This document shows positions 50,670 to 59,801 of a DNA stretch of 64,000 nucleotides, piece after piece. Each line of letters opens with the position of its first letter. Position 1 is the stretch's first letter. Made by a program: the position numbers and the translations under genes. The notes beneath the pieces were generated by a model that ran no database searches, was not told the origin of the DNA, and was given only the letters and a program-made list of their open reading frames with translations. The stretch comes from an archaeon GW2011_AR5 (GTDB lineage Archaea; Aenigmatarchaeota; Aenigmatarchaeia; GW2011-AR5): NCBI GenBank assembly GCA_000806115.1, contig JWKQ01000001.1, forward strand, positions 25,784 through 89,783, read 5' to 3'.

Positions 50670-51596
50670 TTATCTTTTGAATATCGGCAGGACTTCTTCC
50701 ATTTCAAGCCGGGACCAATCATCCCAGCCTGTGATTTCTACTGCCGTGCGGTCATCAAGCAGTTCCCCGGCAGCCGGGTATATATTGCACCTATGCGGGT
50801 CAATTTCATACGCCTCGACAAGGTTATTTTCCATGTCTTCTATGGTTTTCATCCACCCCGCCCTGAAATGTCCTTCTCTCGGGCGCGCAACCACGAATCC
50901 GTCTGAAAATATGAGCGTATTAAATGACGGACAGGGCATGCTCTTCATCATAATGCCTTCGAGCATGGGTGCGCCGGTTATTGCTGCGTATGATAGAGGA
51001 TGACCAGTTGTGTTCTGAAATCTTTGCTGGTCTGCTATAAACGGCTTTAGAATATCATAGGCGCCCTGAAAGTCGCCGGTCTGCCTTATGTATTCCCTGC
51101 GGAGCCTGTTCATGAATCTCTGCACCTCAGTCTCCTCGCCGATAACATGCCGCCCGTTAGAATAAACCTTGACATCTCCAACCCATGTCACTGTCATTTT
51201 ATCCGGTGTAACGTATATGTGAGACAAGAATCCTGCAAAGCGATATCTTGGGTCGCTGACATCCACACCAAGCTGCCTGTACTTCCTTTCCATCTCCTGA
51301 TTTATCTCGCCTATGAGCGAATCGCCTGTTGAACTGCTCCCGGTTATGACACTGCGAGCTGTCTGGGCACCAATCACGCCGCCGTTGTACTCCGTTTCCC
51401 TGTCCTGTTCCAAGGCGTCTGCTGTGTCAGCATCCTTATACTTTCCACCCATGAGATTGCTTGCCCAGTCGCCTACAGCTGCAATAAGCGCCCCGCCCCT
51501 TAGCTCGGCGTACCAGAAATCCTCACCGGCAGGTTTTCTGATTATCCTGCCATCTTCCTTCCTTTCGCCAGGAACAGATATGTACCGCACTTTCAT
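50670..51596 (-). CDS. divergent PP2C-like phosphatase (tentative)
   Basis: IAAVGDWAS, VTWVGDVKVY, LIFSDGF and DDRTAVEI align to PP2C motifs (DGxxG, GDSR, SDG, DDxT). Confidence 0.5.
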   Translation of the reverse strand: MKVRYISVPGERKEDGRIIRKPAGEDFWYAELRGGALIAAVGDWASNLMGGKYKDADTADALEQDRETEYNGGVIGAQTARSVITGSSSTGDSLIGEINQEMERKYRQLGVDVSDPRYRFAGFLSHIYVTPDKMTVTWVGDVKVYSNGRHVIGEETEVQRFMNRLRREYIRQTGDFQGAYDILKPFIADQQRFQNTTGHPLSYAAITGAPMLEGIMMKSMPCPSFNTLIFSDGFVVARPREGHFRAGWMKTIEDMENNLVEAYEIDPHRCNIYPAAGELLDDRTAVEITGWDDWSRLEMEEVLPIFKR

Positions 51597-51647
51597 GCCA
51601 ATACGATTCCAAAAAACTATAAAAGCAGAAAATAACAAAGTTATAGA

Positions 51648-52082
51648 ATGGAAATGGCTACGGTGAACTATGCTGCCGTCCTTGTGGCGTCCGTGGTAAG
51701 CATCATAGTCAGCTTCATATGGTACGGGCCAATCTTCGGCAAAACCTGGATGAAACTGACGAAACTGACGCCGAAGGATGCGGCAAAGGGCAAGAAACAG
51801 ATGCCTGCGAACACCCTTGGCATGTTCGTCGCCATGCTGGTCATGAACTTTATTCTTGCAAATTTGCTGGATTTTGCAGGCGCGCTGTCCGTTGCTAATG
51901 CGCTCGCAGTGGGCTTCATGGTATGGCTGGGCTTCATTGCAACGGTGCTTTTCGGGAACTGGATATGGAGCAGAGGCCCGTCAAAGCTGTTCGCGATAAA
52001 CGTTGCGCACTATCTTGTAATCCTGCTCGTGTCCAGCGCGATAATAACCATTATGTCAGTGCGCGTCATCATAGTACCTTAG
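51648..52082 (+). CDS. DUF1761-like membrane protein
   Basis: NYAAVLVASVVSIIVSFIWYGPIFGKTWMKL N-terminus and 4 TM helices. Confidence 0.6.
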   Translation: MEMATVNYAAVLVASVVSIIVSFIWYGPIFGKTWMKLTKLTPKDAAKGKKQMPANTLGMFVAMLVMNFILANLLDFAGALSVANALAVGFMVWLGFIATVLFGNWIWSRGPSKLFAINVAHYLVILLVSSAIITIMSVRVIIVP

Positions 52083-52093
52083 GCGCATTTCCT

Positions 52094-52417
52094 TCATTTA
52101 CATTTCTTTGAATGCCTTATGTCTTCCGGTAACAAAACCATGTCAAGGCTCATAGAAAAAGCGACACCTTCCCTCAGGGCTACGCAGTCGCCGGTAACAT
52201 AATCGCGGTTCAGCCTGTCGAGATCGCTTTTCTTCCCGATGAACGCGTATCCTCTTATGCCGTCTTCTGTCCTCACTTCTATCCTGTAAATTTCCCCGAA
52301 GCTTGGGTTGTTCCACTGCTGCTCCATGAATATGCGGCCTGTGGTTTTGAAGCCGTCGTTACCGCAGGAAGCTGCCGCTATCGCGCCCGCCAGTAAGTAT
52401 CCTGCCATTTTCCTCAT
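52094..52417 (-). CDS. putative lipoprotein (lipobox-like signal)
   Basis: MRKMAGYLLAGAIAAASC. Confidence 0.45.
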   Translation of the reverse strand: MRKMAGYLLAGAIAAASCGNDGFKTTGRIFMEQQWNNPSFGEIYRIEVRTEDGIRGYAFIGKKSDLDRLNRDYVTGDCVALREGVAFSMSLDMVLLPEDIRHSKKCK

Positions 52418-52467
52418 GCGAATGAAATGGATGGAGCCTTTTTAAAATAGATTTCATAAATAGAATC

Positions 52468-52668
52468 ATGCTGTCGCTTCTTTCCATCGAACGGATTGCC
52501 AAGAAGAACGGAATCAAAAGAATATCCAAAGAGGCGCTGGAAGAGGCGCGCGAAGTCATAGAAGAGATAGGATTCGACATCGCGGAGAAAGCCGTGAAAG
52601 TGAGCCGCTTCGCGGGAAAGAAGACCGTGATGGAAGAGGACGTGAAATTTGTCACGAAGCGCGAATAA
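52468..52668 (+). CDS. archaeal histone (single histone fold)
   Basis: 66 aa. IERIAKKNGIKRISKEALEEAREVIEEIGFDIAEKAVKVSRFAGKKTVMEEDV fits an HMf-like histone fold. Confidence 0.75.
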   Translation: MLSLLSIERIAKKNGIKRISKEALEEAREVIEEIGFDIAEKAVKVSRFAGKKTVMEEDVKFVTKRE

Positions 52669-52672
52669 ATAT

Positions 52673-52699
52673 CTGCGGGCTTTAACCCGCAGTATTTTT
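52673..52699 (+). terminator. stem-loop plus T-tract after the histone gene
   Basis: CTGCGGG-CTTTAA-CCCGCAG followed by TATTTTT, starting 5 nt after the stop. Confidence 0.5.
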
Positions 52700-52847
52700 G
52701 CAAGAATGCTGTAATATGAACGACCTGAAGGTCGTGGTATTGACTGCATTCATTGCAATAAAATTACGCATGATTTACATTTTTCCGCCTGATTGTGTTT
52801 ATATATTTCTGGCAACAACAGAATAAAGACAATTCTAGAGTGATTAA

Positions 52848-53249
52848 ATGTCAGAAAAGCGACCAACCGAAATAAAAAACCTGAAGCCCGGCTCGTACGT
52901 GCTAATAGACGACGTGCCATGCGTTGTGGAAAAGGTTCAGAAATCCAAGGCAGGCAAGCACGGCGCGGCAAAGGCAAGGATGATGGCGCGCGGCGTTTTC
53001 GACACTTCCATAAAGAAAATCATAGTCAAGCCGGCGGACACCAAGATGGATTCGCCGATAATCGAGAAGAAAACCGCGCAGGTAATCTCGCTGACTGACG
53101 ACAACGCCAACCTCATGGATCTCGTGGATTACAGCACGTTCGAGGTAAAGATACCTGAAGAGCTGCGCGGACAGCTCGTCGAGGGAGACGAGGTCACGAC
53201 GTGGGAATTCGGCGCGTACAGGATGATAAAGAGCAAGAAATCGTCGTAA
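52848..53249 (+). CDS. eif5a: translation initiation factor 5A (aIF5A)
   Basis: KPGSYVLIDDVPCVVEKVQKSKAGKHGAAKAR contains the hypusination loop (K-x-G-K-H-G). Confidence 0.92.
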   Translation: MSEKRPTEIKNLKPGSYVLIDDVPCVVEKVQKSKAGKHGAAKARMMARGVFDTSIKKIIVKPADTKMDSPIIEKKTAQVISLTDDNANLMDLVDYSTFEVKIPEELRGQLVEGDEVTTWEFGAYRMIKSKKSS

Positions 53250-53378
53250 CAGGAAAGGACGCCAAACCGACGGACGCAAAACAGGCTGACGCCTTTGGCG
53301 TCTTGCACTGTGTCATGCAGTTTCGTGCCGTGCGGCTTGCGAATCACATTTAATAACACGGAAAGACTAATTCTATTC

Positions 53379-53963
53379 ATGAGAAAGAAGCCAGGGCGTT
53401 TGCTCTTTTCCGATCCGGAAACGAAATTCATCCGCGTGCTGAAATTTTTCATAAAATTCAACCTGTTCGCCATACCACTGTACGTCATACTTTACGAAGG
53501 CTGGACTCTTCCTGAACTGCAGAAGGCAATTGCGGACTTTACAATGTACGCCCTTACATCCCTGGGACTTAATCCAACACTTGATGGACTAATAATTTCG
53601 ATTCCGGTAAGGAATGGGGATTGGGCTGCCGTTATAAATTGGGACTGCACCGGCTGGAAGAGCATGCTGGCTTTTTTCGCGCTGATTATGGCGACTGACT
53701 ATCCAAACAAACGAAAAATGCTCGGACTTCTGTTGCTTCCCGTGATATTCGCTGTAAATCTTGCGCGGATAATATTCATGTTCCTCTGGGTTCACTGGTT
53801 TGACCTGGCAAACTACCAGCTGGTTCATTCAGTCGTATGGAGCTGGGGGCTGATACTCACAATCCTGACGCTTTGGCTCATCTGGATGAAGTGGGATTTC
53901 ACAAAACCTCTGAAAAAGAAAGTTCCGGCTGAAAGAAGCGGCAGGAAAAAAAGAAGACGTTAG
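53379..53963 (+). CDS. archaeosortase/exosortase-family protein (small form)
   Basis: Polytopic. WDCTGWKS (Cys), VNLARII (Arg) and VHSVVW (His) appear in the order expected for the sortase-like triad. Confidence 0.55.
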   Translation: MRKKPGRLLFSDPETKFIRVLKFFIKFNLFAIPLYVILYEGWTLPELQKAIADFTMYALTSLGLNPTLDGLIISIPVRNGDWAAVINWDCTGWKSMLAFFALIMATDYPNKRKMLGLLLLPVIFAVNLARIIFMFLWVHWFDLANYQLVHSVVWSWGLILTILTLWLIWMKWDFTKPLKKKVPAERSGRKKRRR

Positions 53964-54945
53964 GAGGTCCCATGCTTCGCGCTATATTCAGGACGCGCAC
54001 TTCATCTATCTGACCGATAAAGATTTCACCATCCGAGCCGGCAACTATGTTGCGCAGCGTTTCCTGGCCTGCACACGCCTGATCCAGCTGGAGCTGGCCG
54101 TCTATAAAGATTTTTATTCTGCTCCCATCGAGTGTGCCAACCACATGGTACCACTGGTTCGCAGTCGGAATGATGTTAGTGTCATAACTACCACCGCATG
54201 AAGCGATGCCGTACCACATCAGGCTGTTATCCGTTGCGTGCAGATGGAACCTAGTTTCGTCAATGTGCCCGCGCGTGCCAACTATGTCCCTCCAGACGCC
54301 GCCGCCGACAGTTGTCGGACGCATCCAAAATTCAAGAGTCATTTGCGGCACCGTTATGTCTGTTATGTCCTTTTCTACATATTCACTTGCCGAGTCCAGA
54401 GAAATCGCATTTCCATACTTCCCTGCTGCCCACACCACTCCATTGTTGAAAGTTCCATCATTCCCGTTGCCTGACGAATCAGCCGCAACTGTACCCGAAC
54501 CCTCGTCAAATTTCCACCAGGCGATTGCGTCGTCGCAATAGAAGCAGACGTTTCTTACAACATCGTTAAAGCCTCCGGAAGTGATTTTGACATCGGCCGT
54601 GCCGTCCTCGAGCAGGGCCAGCTGCGCGTCATTGAGGTAGTATGTTTCAATCGACCCGGGAGCGAGGGTTGCGGGGCCGGCGTGCGTGACTGCCGCGTCG
54701 TTGACAAAGAACGCTACATTCCCGAGGTCGCTCGAGCCCGCGTTGCGCACATAAACGCGGTTGCGGCTGACGCTCTCTATTCTCGGCTGCGAGGCGAAAT
54801 TTGCCAGCTGCTGCTGAAGCTGCTCGTCGCCGGCTTTCGTCGCCGTTTCAGCGGTGCGCTGGAAGAACACCATCGAGAAGCCCACCATGGAGATTGTGAT
54901 GAGCAGGAGAAGTATCACAGCGATTACTGGCGTGATGCCTTTCAT
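53899..54945 (-). CDS. type IV pilin-like (DUF1628-type N-terminus) protein with LamG/ConA-like domain
   Basis: MKGITPVIAVILLLLITISMVG class III signal. LamG-like block GNGNDGTFNNGVVWAAGKYGNAISLD..LEFWMRP..IFIDGQL..DEVRVLN. Confidence 0.7.
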   Translation of the reverse strand: MKGITPVIAVILLLLITISMVGFSMVFFQRTAETATKAGDEQLQQQLANFASQPRIESVSRNRVYVRNAGSSDLGNVAFFVNDAAVTHAGPATLAPGSIETYYLNDAQLALLEDGTADVKITSGGFNDVVRNVCFYCDDAIAWWKFDEGSGTVAADSSGNGNDGTFNNGVVWAAGKYGNAISLDSASEYVEKDITDITVPQMTLEFWMRPTTVGGGVWRDIVGTRGHIDETRFHLHATDNSLMWYGIASCGGSYDTNIIPTANQWYHVVGTLDGSRIKIFIDGQLQLDQACAGQETLRNIVAGSDGEIFIGQIDEVRVLNIARSMGPPNVFFFSCRFFQPELSFSEVL

Positions 54946-55013
54946 GGAATAATTATGAAAGAATCAGTAAATAAAAGCGGCTGGTAATTGCCGTGTCGGC
55001 TCATAACTATATA

Positions 55014-55105
55014 GTGAACCCAGAAAAGAATATGTGCACGCTGGGTTCACAGATAGTTCCCAAGGAAATAATATCCAGATTGTTTCCTTGGAGAACTATA
55101 AATAT
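55014..55105. promoter_or_regulatory. divergent promoter with two inverted repeats flanked by TATA boxes
   Basis: GTGAACCC 55014-55021/GGGTTCAC 55043-55050 and GTTCCCAAGGAAA 55056-55068/TTTCCTTGGAGAAC 55083-55096. TATAAATAT at 55097-55105 is centred ~28 nt before the ATG at 55129. ACTATATAG at 55006-55014 faces the minus-strand gene. Confidence 0.6.
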
Positions 55106-55128
55106 GGTATACGGGCAATAGAATAAAT

Positions 55129-55710
55129 ATGTCGGACAAGGTTGTAGAGCTCGAGGAGCGGCTTAACAGGCTGGAGGAGCGCCTCAAGCTTACTTTTGTC
55201 GAGATTGAAAAACGCATGCAGCCGCAGCAGCCCGGCGCATCCGGCACTCCCGCCAATACCATGGACGTCGGCGACAGGATTGACGAACTCGAGGATCTTC
55301 TGCTTCTGCTCCAGCTGGAGAACACCAAGCTCAAGGAACGGGTGGGCGAGGGGCTTGACTTTGGAATAACACCTTCCGCTCCTGACGTTTCCGAAAGACT
55401 GAACAGGATAGAGAGTGAATTGGGAAACAAGTCGGTGCCGGTGTTTGAGACGGATGAAGAAGGTAACAACCCTGCAATCATCTCAAAGCTGGCGGAACTG
55501 GAAGAACGCATCAACGCCATCCCCAGCACCACAATCAAGGTGCCAAAAGACGTGGAGAAGCATGTCAAGCATGAGATGGAAGAGGACATGCGCCAGATGG
55601 AGAAGCGCATAAAGACGCTCGAAGCGCTGCTTGCGCAACGCGGGCGCGAGGATTTGGAGAAGGAATCAAATGTGCTTGCGGACGTGCATGCGATTCTTAA
55701 GAGGGGCTAA
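55129..55710 (+). CDS. coiled-coil protein
   Basis: 193 aa. Heptad-rich segments (VVELEERLNRLEERLKL, IDELEDLLLLLQLENTKLKE, MRQMEKRIKTLEALL). Confidence 0.6.
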   Translation: MSDKVVELEERLNRLEERLKLTFVEIEKRMQPQQPGASGTPANTMDVGDRIDELEDLLLLLQLENTKLKERVGEGLDFGITPSAPDVSERLNRIESELGNKSVPVFETDEEGNNPAIISKLAELEERINAIPSTTIKVPKDVEKHVKHEMEEDMRQMEKRIKTLEALLAQRGREDLEKESNVLADVHAILKRG

Positions 55711-55712
55711 AA

Positions 55713-57113
55713 TTGTCACTTGAAAAAAGGCTCAGCGACGTTGAACAGTCGATAAAAGTAATCGCGCAGTACGTACGCGAGCAGAGTGAAAAGCTGGAGT
55801 CGGAGGTAAGCTCGCTCAAGGGAACAGAAAGCCTTTACGACGCCAAGCCTGAGATAGAACAGATAAAGACTAATGTTGAATCGCTTCGTTCTTCCATGCA
55901 AGTTGCCACGCCTCTGGACGAGGACAGGGTAAGGAAGTCCATACAAATTCTTCGCAATGAGTTTGACAATTTCAGGAACGAGGCTTCTCCAAAACTTCAA
56001 TACCTCGACAAGAAGACCGACAAGCTCAAGGAAACTGTTGAAACTGTGAGCCTTGCCGACATGGGCGAACTGAAAAAGTACGTCGAAAGGATGGACAAGA
56101 AGATACACGAGATGCTTGCGCTGAAGGAAGAGCTTGACGACGTCGAGGAAACTCTCACCAAAATGAAGGTGATTGCCAACAGGCTGAAGGACTTCGACGT
56201 GGCTTCCTACAGGGAGGAGTTCGACAGGCACATGAACGACATGTTCGGCAAGTTCGAAGCAAGCGACATGAAGAGGATTGGCGAAATTGCCGAGCAGCTG
56301 AAGGACACGGATATTCATGATTTCAAGAACATGTCATCGAAAATGAAGCATCTCGAGAAGCTGGAGACGGACGAGGCCAAGAAACTTGTGGAGATGATGA
56401 ACCAGCTGAAGGACATCGAGATGCATGACATCAGGAACCTTGTCAAGCAGATGAAGGAATCAAAGGAAGCGCTGGAAGAAGAGGCGGTAAGCAGACTTTC
56501 CACCGAGAAACGGCTCGCGGATATCGAGTCGAAGCTCGCGCAGGTGAAGAATCTTGAGACGAAAGACATAGGACAGCTTAACACTGCACTGGAACACCTG
56601 CAGGGCATCGAAATGGAAGAGCTCAAAGGGATAGCAACCACTATAAAGGAGGCGAAGGAAGCGCTCGAGGATGAGTCGATAAACAGGATGTCGACTGAGA
56701 AACGCTTCGCAGAATTCGAGAGGACGCTCAAGGAGCGTCAGTCAGCTTTGGAGGCAAAAGTGAACAGGGCGAGCGAGATTGCAAGTCATATTGAAAACGT
56801 TGATGGTCTGGACATACAGAAGCTGGGCAGCAGAATCAACGACATGGAGAGCAACATGAAGCTCAATACGGTGAAATTGCTGACGCAGCAGCTCAACGAG
56901 TTCGCGAAATCAGTCGACAGGCGAATTCCAAACGTGGTGAGCCGCGAGGAATATATGAGGCAGGTGGCTGACTTGAACCAGAGAATGCGCACCGTCGAGG
57001 CGCCCGATCTGTCGCCGCTGGGAGCGCGCGTTGAGCGGCTGGAAAAGAAACTTGACGAGATAGCAGGCATGATGCGCCAGATGTACGACCGCGTGCCTAT
57101 TGTCGTTGAATAG
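55713..57113 (+). CDS. long coiled-coil protein with internal duplication
   Basis: 466 aa, TTG start 3 nt after the upstream stop. Duplicated block LKDIEMHDIRNLVKQMKESKEALEEEAVSRLSTEKRLADIESKL / LQGIEMEELKGIATTIKEAKEALEDESINRMSTEKRFAEFERTL. Confidence 0.6.
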   Translation: MSLEKRLSDVEQSIKVIAQYVREQSEKLESEVSSLKGTESLYDAKPEIEQIKTNVESLRSSMQVATPLDEDRVRKSIQILRNEFDNFRNEASPKLQYLDKKTDKLKETVETVSLADMGELKKYVERMDKKIHEMLALKEELDDVEETLTKMKVIANRLKDFDVASYREEFDRHMNDMFGKFEASDMKRIGEIAEQLKDTDIHDFKNMSSKMKHLEKLETDEAKKLVEMMNQLKDIEMHDIRNLVKQMKESKEALEEEAVSRLSTEKRLADIESKLAQVKNLETKDIGQLNTALEHLQGIEMEELKGIATTIKEAKEALEDESINRMSTEKRFAEFERTLKERQSALEAKVNRASEIASHIENVDGLDIQKLGSRINDMESNMKLNTVKLLTQQLNEFAKSVDRRIPNVVSREEYMRQVADLNQRMRTVEAPDLSPLGARVERLEKKLDEIAGMMRQMYDRVPIVVE

Positions 57114-57150
57114 AATCATTTCTTAAGCTTTCTTTCTAACATCCTCTTCA

Positions 57151-57972
57151 ATGAATGCCTATCTTGAGCTTCTCAGGCTGAATAACGGAATCCTAGCGAT
57201 ACTCGGCATAATAATCGGCGCCATAGTCGCCGACGCATTTCTTCCTTCGATGTCTTTGCAGATTGTAATTGCAATAATCGCCGCGTTCCTCATAAACGGC
57301 GCCGGGAATGTCATCAACGATTATTTCGACCACAAGATTGACAAGGTAAACCGGCCAAACAGACCGATACCATCCGGACGCGTCAGGCGCAAAAATGTCG
57401 CGGTTTATTTCGTTGTGCTGATAGCTGCCAGCCTCGCGCTTGCATATTTTGTCTCGAGAGATTTCCTTTACCTTGCGGCTATCAATTCGCTTGTTTCACT
57501 GGTTTACTCATGGAAGCTGAAAGGAATGCCGCTGATAGGCAACCTTACTGTGAGCTGGCTCGCGGGCTCGACATTTATCGGCGGCGCGCTAATAGTGCAT
57601 CCATTCGCTGCTCTCCCCTCTTCTGTTCTGCTTCTTGCATCTATAGGTTTCATCGGGACGCTGAGCAGGGAAATATTCAAGGACATCGAGGACGTGAAGG
57701 GCGACAAGGAAGGCGGAGCGAAAACGCTCCCTATAGCCGCAGGCGAGAAGGCTGCAAGAATAGCTGCATCAGCCGTACTTGTGATAGGCATACTATCGCT
57801 ACTGATACCGCTTTACGTCAGCATGTTCAGTATGTTCTATTATATCGGCATAGTGCCGGCAATAGCAATCTGCCTGACGGCGATGGTTAAACCGGCAAAA
57901 AAGTCGCAGAAGCTGATAAAAATAGCGATGTATTTCATTTTCCTCGGCTTCGTTCTTGGAACTGTTCTGTAG
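57151..57972 (+). CDS. UbiA-family prenyltransferase, digeranylgeranylglyceryl phosphate synthase-like
   Basis: NGAGNVINDYFDHKIDKVNRPNRPIPSGRV (first Asp-rich motif) and a second motif KDIEDVKGD. ~8 TM helices. Confidence 0.85.
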   Translation: MNAYLELLRLNNGILAILGIIIGAIVADAFLPSMSLQIVIAIIAAFLINGAGNVINDYFDHKIDKVNRPNRPIPSGRVRRKNVAVYFVVLIAASLALAYFVSRDFLYLAAINSLVSLVYSWKLKGMPLIGNLTVSWLAGSTFIGGALIVHPFAALPSSVLLLASIGFIGTLSREIFKDIEDVKGDKEGGAKTLPIAAGEKAARIAASAVLVIGILSLLIPLYVSMFSMFYYIGIVPAIAICLTAMVKPAKKSQKLIKIAMYFIFLGFVLGTVL

Positions 57973-58001
57973 TTTTAATCTGTTTCTGAGTTACTATTTC
58001 T

Positions 58002-59033
58002 ATGCCAAAACGAAATGCAAAAAATACTTCTGAAAAACATCACCTTCGCGTGCTTGTAACGGGAGGTACGGGATTCCTCGGCAAGCGCCTGGTGCAGAAG
58101 CTGCTGGCCGAAGGCAACGATGTCATAGTTTTCTCCAGGCACCTGCATGACGACCTGCCCGAAGATGTAAAGCCTGTGCTGGGCGATATCCGCGACAAGG
58201 GCGCACTGAGAAAAGCGTTCGAGAAAATCGACGTGGTTTATCATCTCGCAATCTGCCTGAACGAGTCCGATCCCGATATGCGGGAGATAAACGTGAAAGG
58301 CACGCAGAACGTCGCGGAGCTCTGCAAGGAATCCGGGGTGAAGCGCCTTGTTTACATGAGCTCCTCCGGAGTGCTCGGCGAAACCGATGCGCCGGCGGAG
58401 GAAGATTTTGATTACAATCCCAAAACCGGCTACGAGAAATCCAAGATGGAAGGGGAAATGATAGTCAAGCAGTCAAGCGTTCCATATACGATAATCAGAA
58501 CAACCATAATAATCGGCCCGAACCTGATATGGGCGCAGATATTCGAGGCGGCGAAGAGGGGATATCCGATTATCGGATCAGGCAAAAACTATTTTCACCT
58601 TGTTTACGCCGACGATGTGGTTGAGATGCTTGACATCATCAAGGACAACGAAAAAGCGGCGAACCAGACATTCCACGTGGCATCGAAGGACACGCCGACT
58701 TACGGGGAAGTCTACGGCATAATATGCAGGGAACTCAATGTAAAAATGACCGAGAAACACGTGCCGCTCACGTTCGCTTATCTCGCATCGTATCTGCATA
58801 CAATATTGCGGCGCATCCGGGGAAAACAGCCGTCGCTCACTAAAAGCAGGTCGAGCATAGACAGGCTGGTGCGCAACAGGATAATCTCCACGAAAAAGGC
58901 AAAGGCGCTGCTTGGATTCGAGGCAAAATACAGCACACGACAAGCGATACAAGAAACAATTAAATACCTTAAGATTGCAAGACTAGGTTATTCGGATTAT
59001 GAATTAACCGAGGTACACAAGGTGAAAAGATGA
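58002..59033 (+). CDS. NAD-dependent epimerase/dehydratase (extended SDR)
   Basis: VLVTGGTGFLG Rossmann motif and catalytic YEKSK. Confidence 0.85.
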   Translation: MPKRNAKNTSEKHHLRVLVTGGTGFLGKRLVQKLLAEGNDVIVFSRHLHDDLPEDVKPVLGDIRDKGALRKAFEKIDVVYHLAICLNESDPDMREINVKGTQNVAELCKESGVKRLVYMSSSGVLGETDAPAEEDFDYNPKTGYEKSKMEGEMIVKQSSVPYTIIRTTIIIGPNLIWAQIFEAAKRGYPIIGSGKNYFHLVYADDVVEMLDIIKDNEKAANQTFHVASKDTPTYGEVYGIICRELNVKMTEKHVPLTFAYLASYLHTILRRIRGKQPSLTKSRSSIDRLVRNRIISTKKAKALLGFEAKYSTRQAIQETIKYLKIARLGYSDYELTEVHKVKR

Positions 59034-59797
59034 GGACAGAAAAATACATCAACGACAAAATAGGCGAGGATGGCGGAATAATCTCCATCATAATAGACCC
59101 CGTCGATTACCCGACAATAGACAAGGCGGTTCGCACTGCGGTAACCGCGCATAGCGCAGGCGTCGACATCATTGCAGTCGGCGGGTCCATCGGAGCGCAA
59201 GGGAAGCTTCTTGACTCTGTCACAAAGGCTATCAAGGAAAAGGTTGACATTCCTGTCGTGCTGTTTCCCGGAAACATCGCCACCATAACGCCTTTTGCGG
59301 ACGCCATTTACTTCATGTCGCTTCTGAACAGCCGCAACCCCTACTGGATATCTCAGGCGCAGACGCTTGCGGCGCCGCTCATCAAGCAGCTCAACGTCGA
59401 GCCGCTGCCGATAGGATACATAGTCGTCGAGCCCGGCGGAACGGTTGGATGGGTGGGCGACGCGAACGTTGTTCCGAGAAACAAGCCCCAGATTGCCGCA
59501 TCGCTCGCGCTCGCTGGACAATACAACGGGAACCGCATTATTTTTACGGACGCGGGCTCGGCAGCATACGAGCCCGTGCCAATTGACATGGTGACTGCGG
59601 TGAGCCGCGCGATAGACGTGCCTTACCTGGTTGCCGGCGGAATCAGGACGCCAAGGCAGGCGGGCGACATAATTCGGGCTGGCGCAGACTGGATACAGAT
59701 AGGCACCGCGGCCGAGAAGTCAAAAGACCCGAAGAAAACCCTGAAGGAATTTGTTTCTGCTGTCAAATCAGAAGGCAGGAAGAAGCTCAAAGGTTGA
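59030..59797 (+). CDS. geranylgeranylglyceryl phosphate synthase (PcrB family)
   Basis: VVLFPGN and LVAGGIRTPRQAGDIIRAGADWIQIGTA are typical of GGGPS/PcrB TIM barrels. Confidence 0.85.
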   Translation: MRTEKYINDKIGEDGGIISIIIDPVDYPTIDKAVRTAVTAHSAGVDIIAVGGSIGAQGKLLDSVTKAIKEKVDIPVVLFPGNIATITPFADAIYFMSLLNSRNPYWISQAQTLAAPLIKQLNVEPLPIGYIVVEPGGTVGWVGDANVVPRNKPQIAASLALAGQYNGNRIIFTDAGSAAYEPVPIDMVTAVSRAIDVPYLVAGGIRTPRQAGDIIRAGADWIQIGTAAEKSKDPKKTLKEFVSAVKSEGRKKLKG

Positions 59798-59801
59798 TAC
59801 T

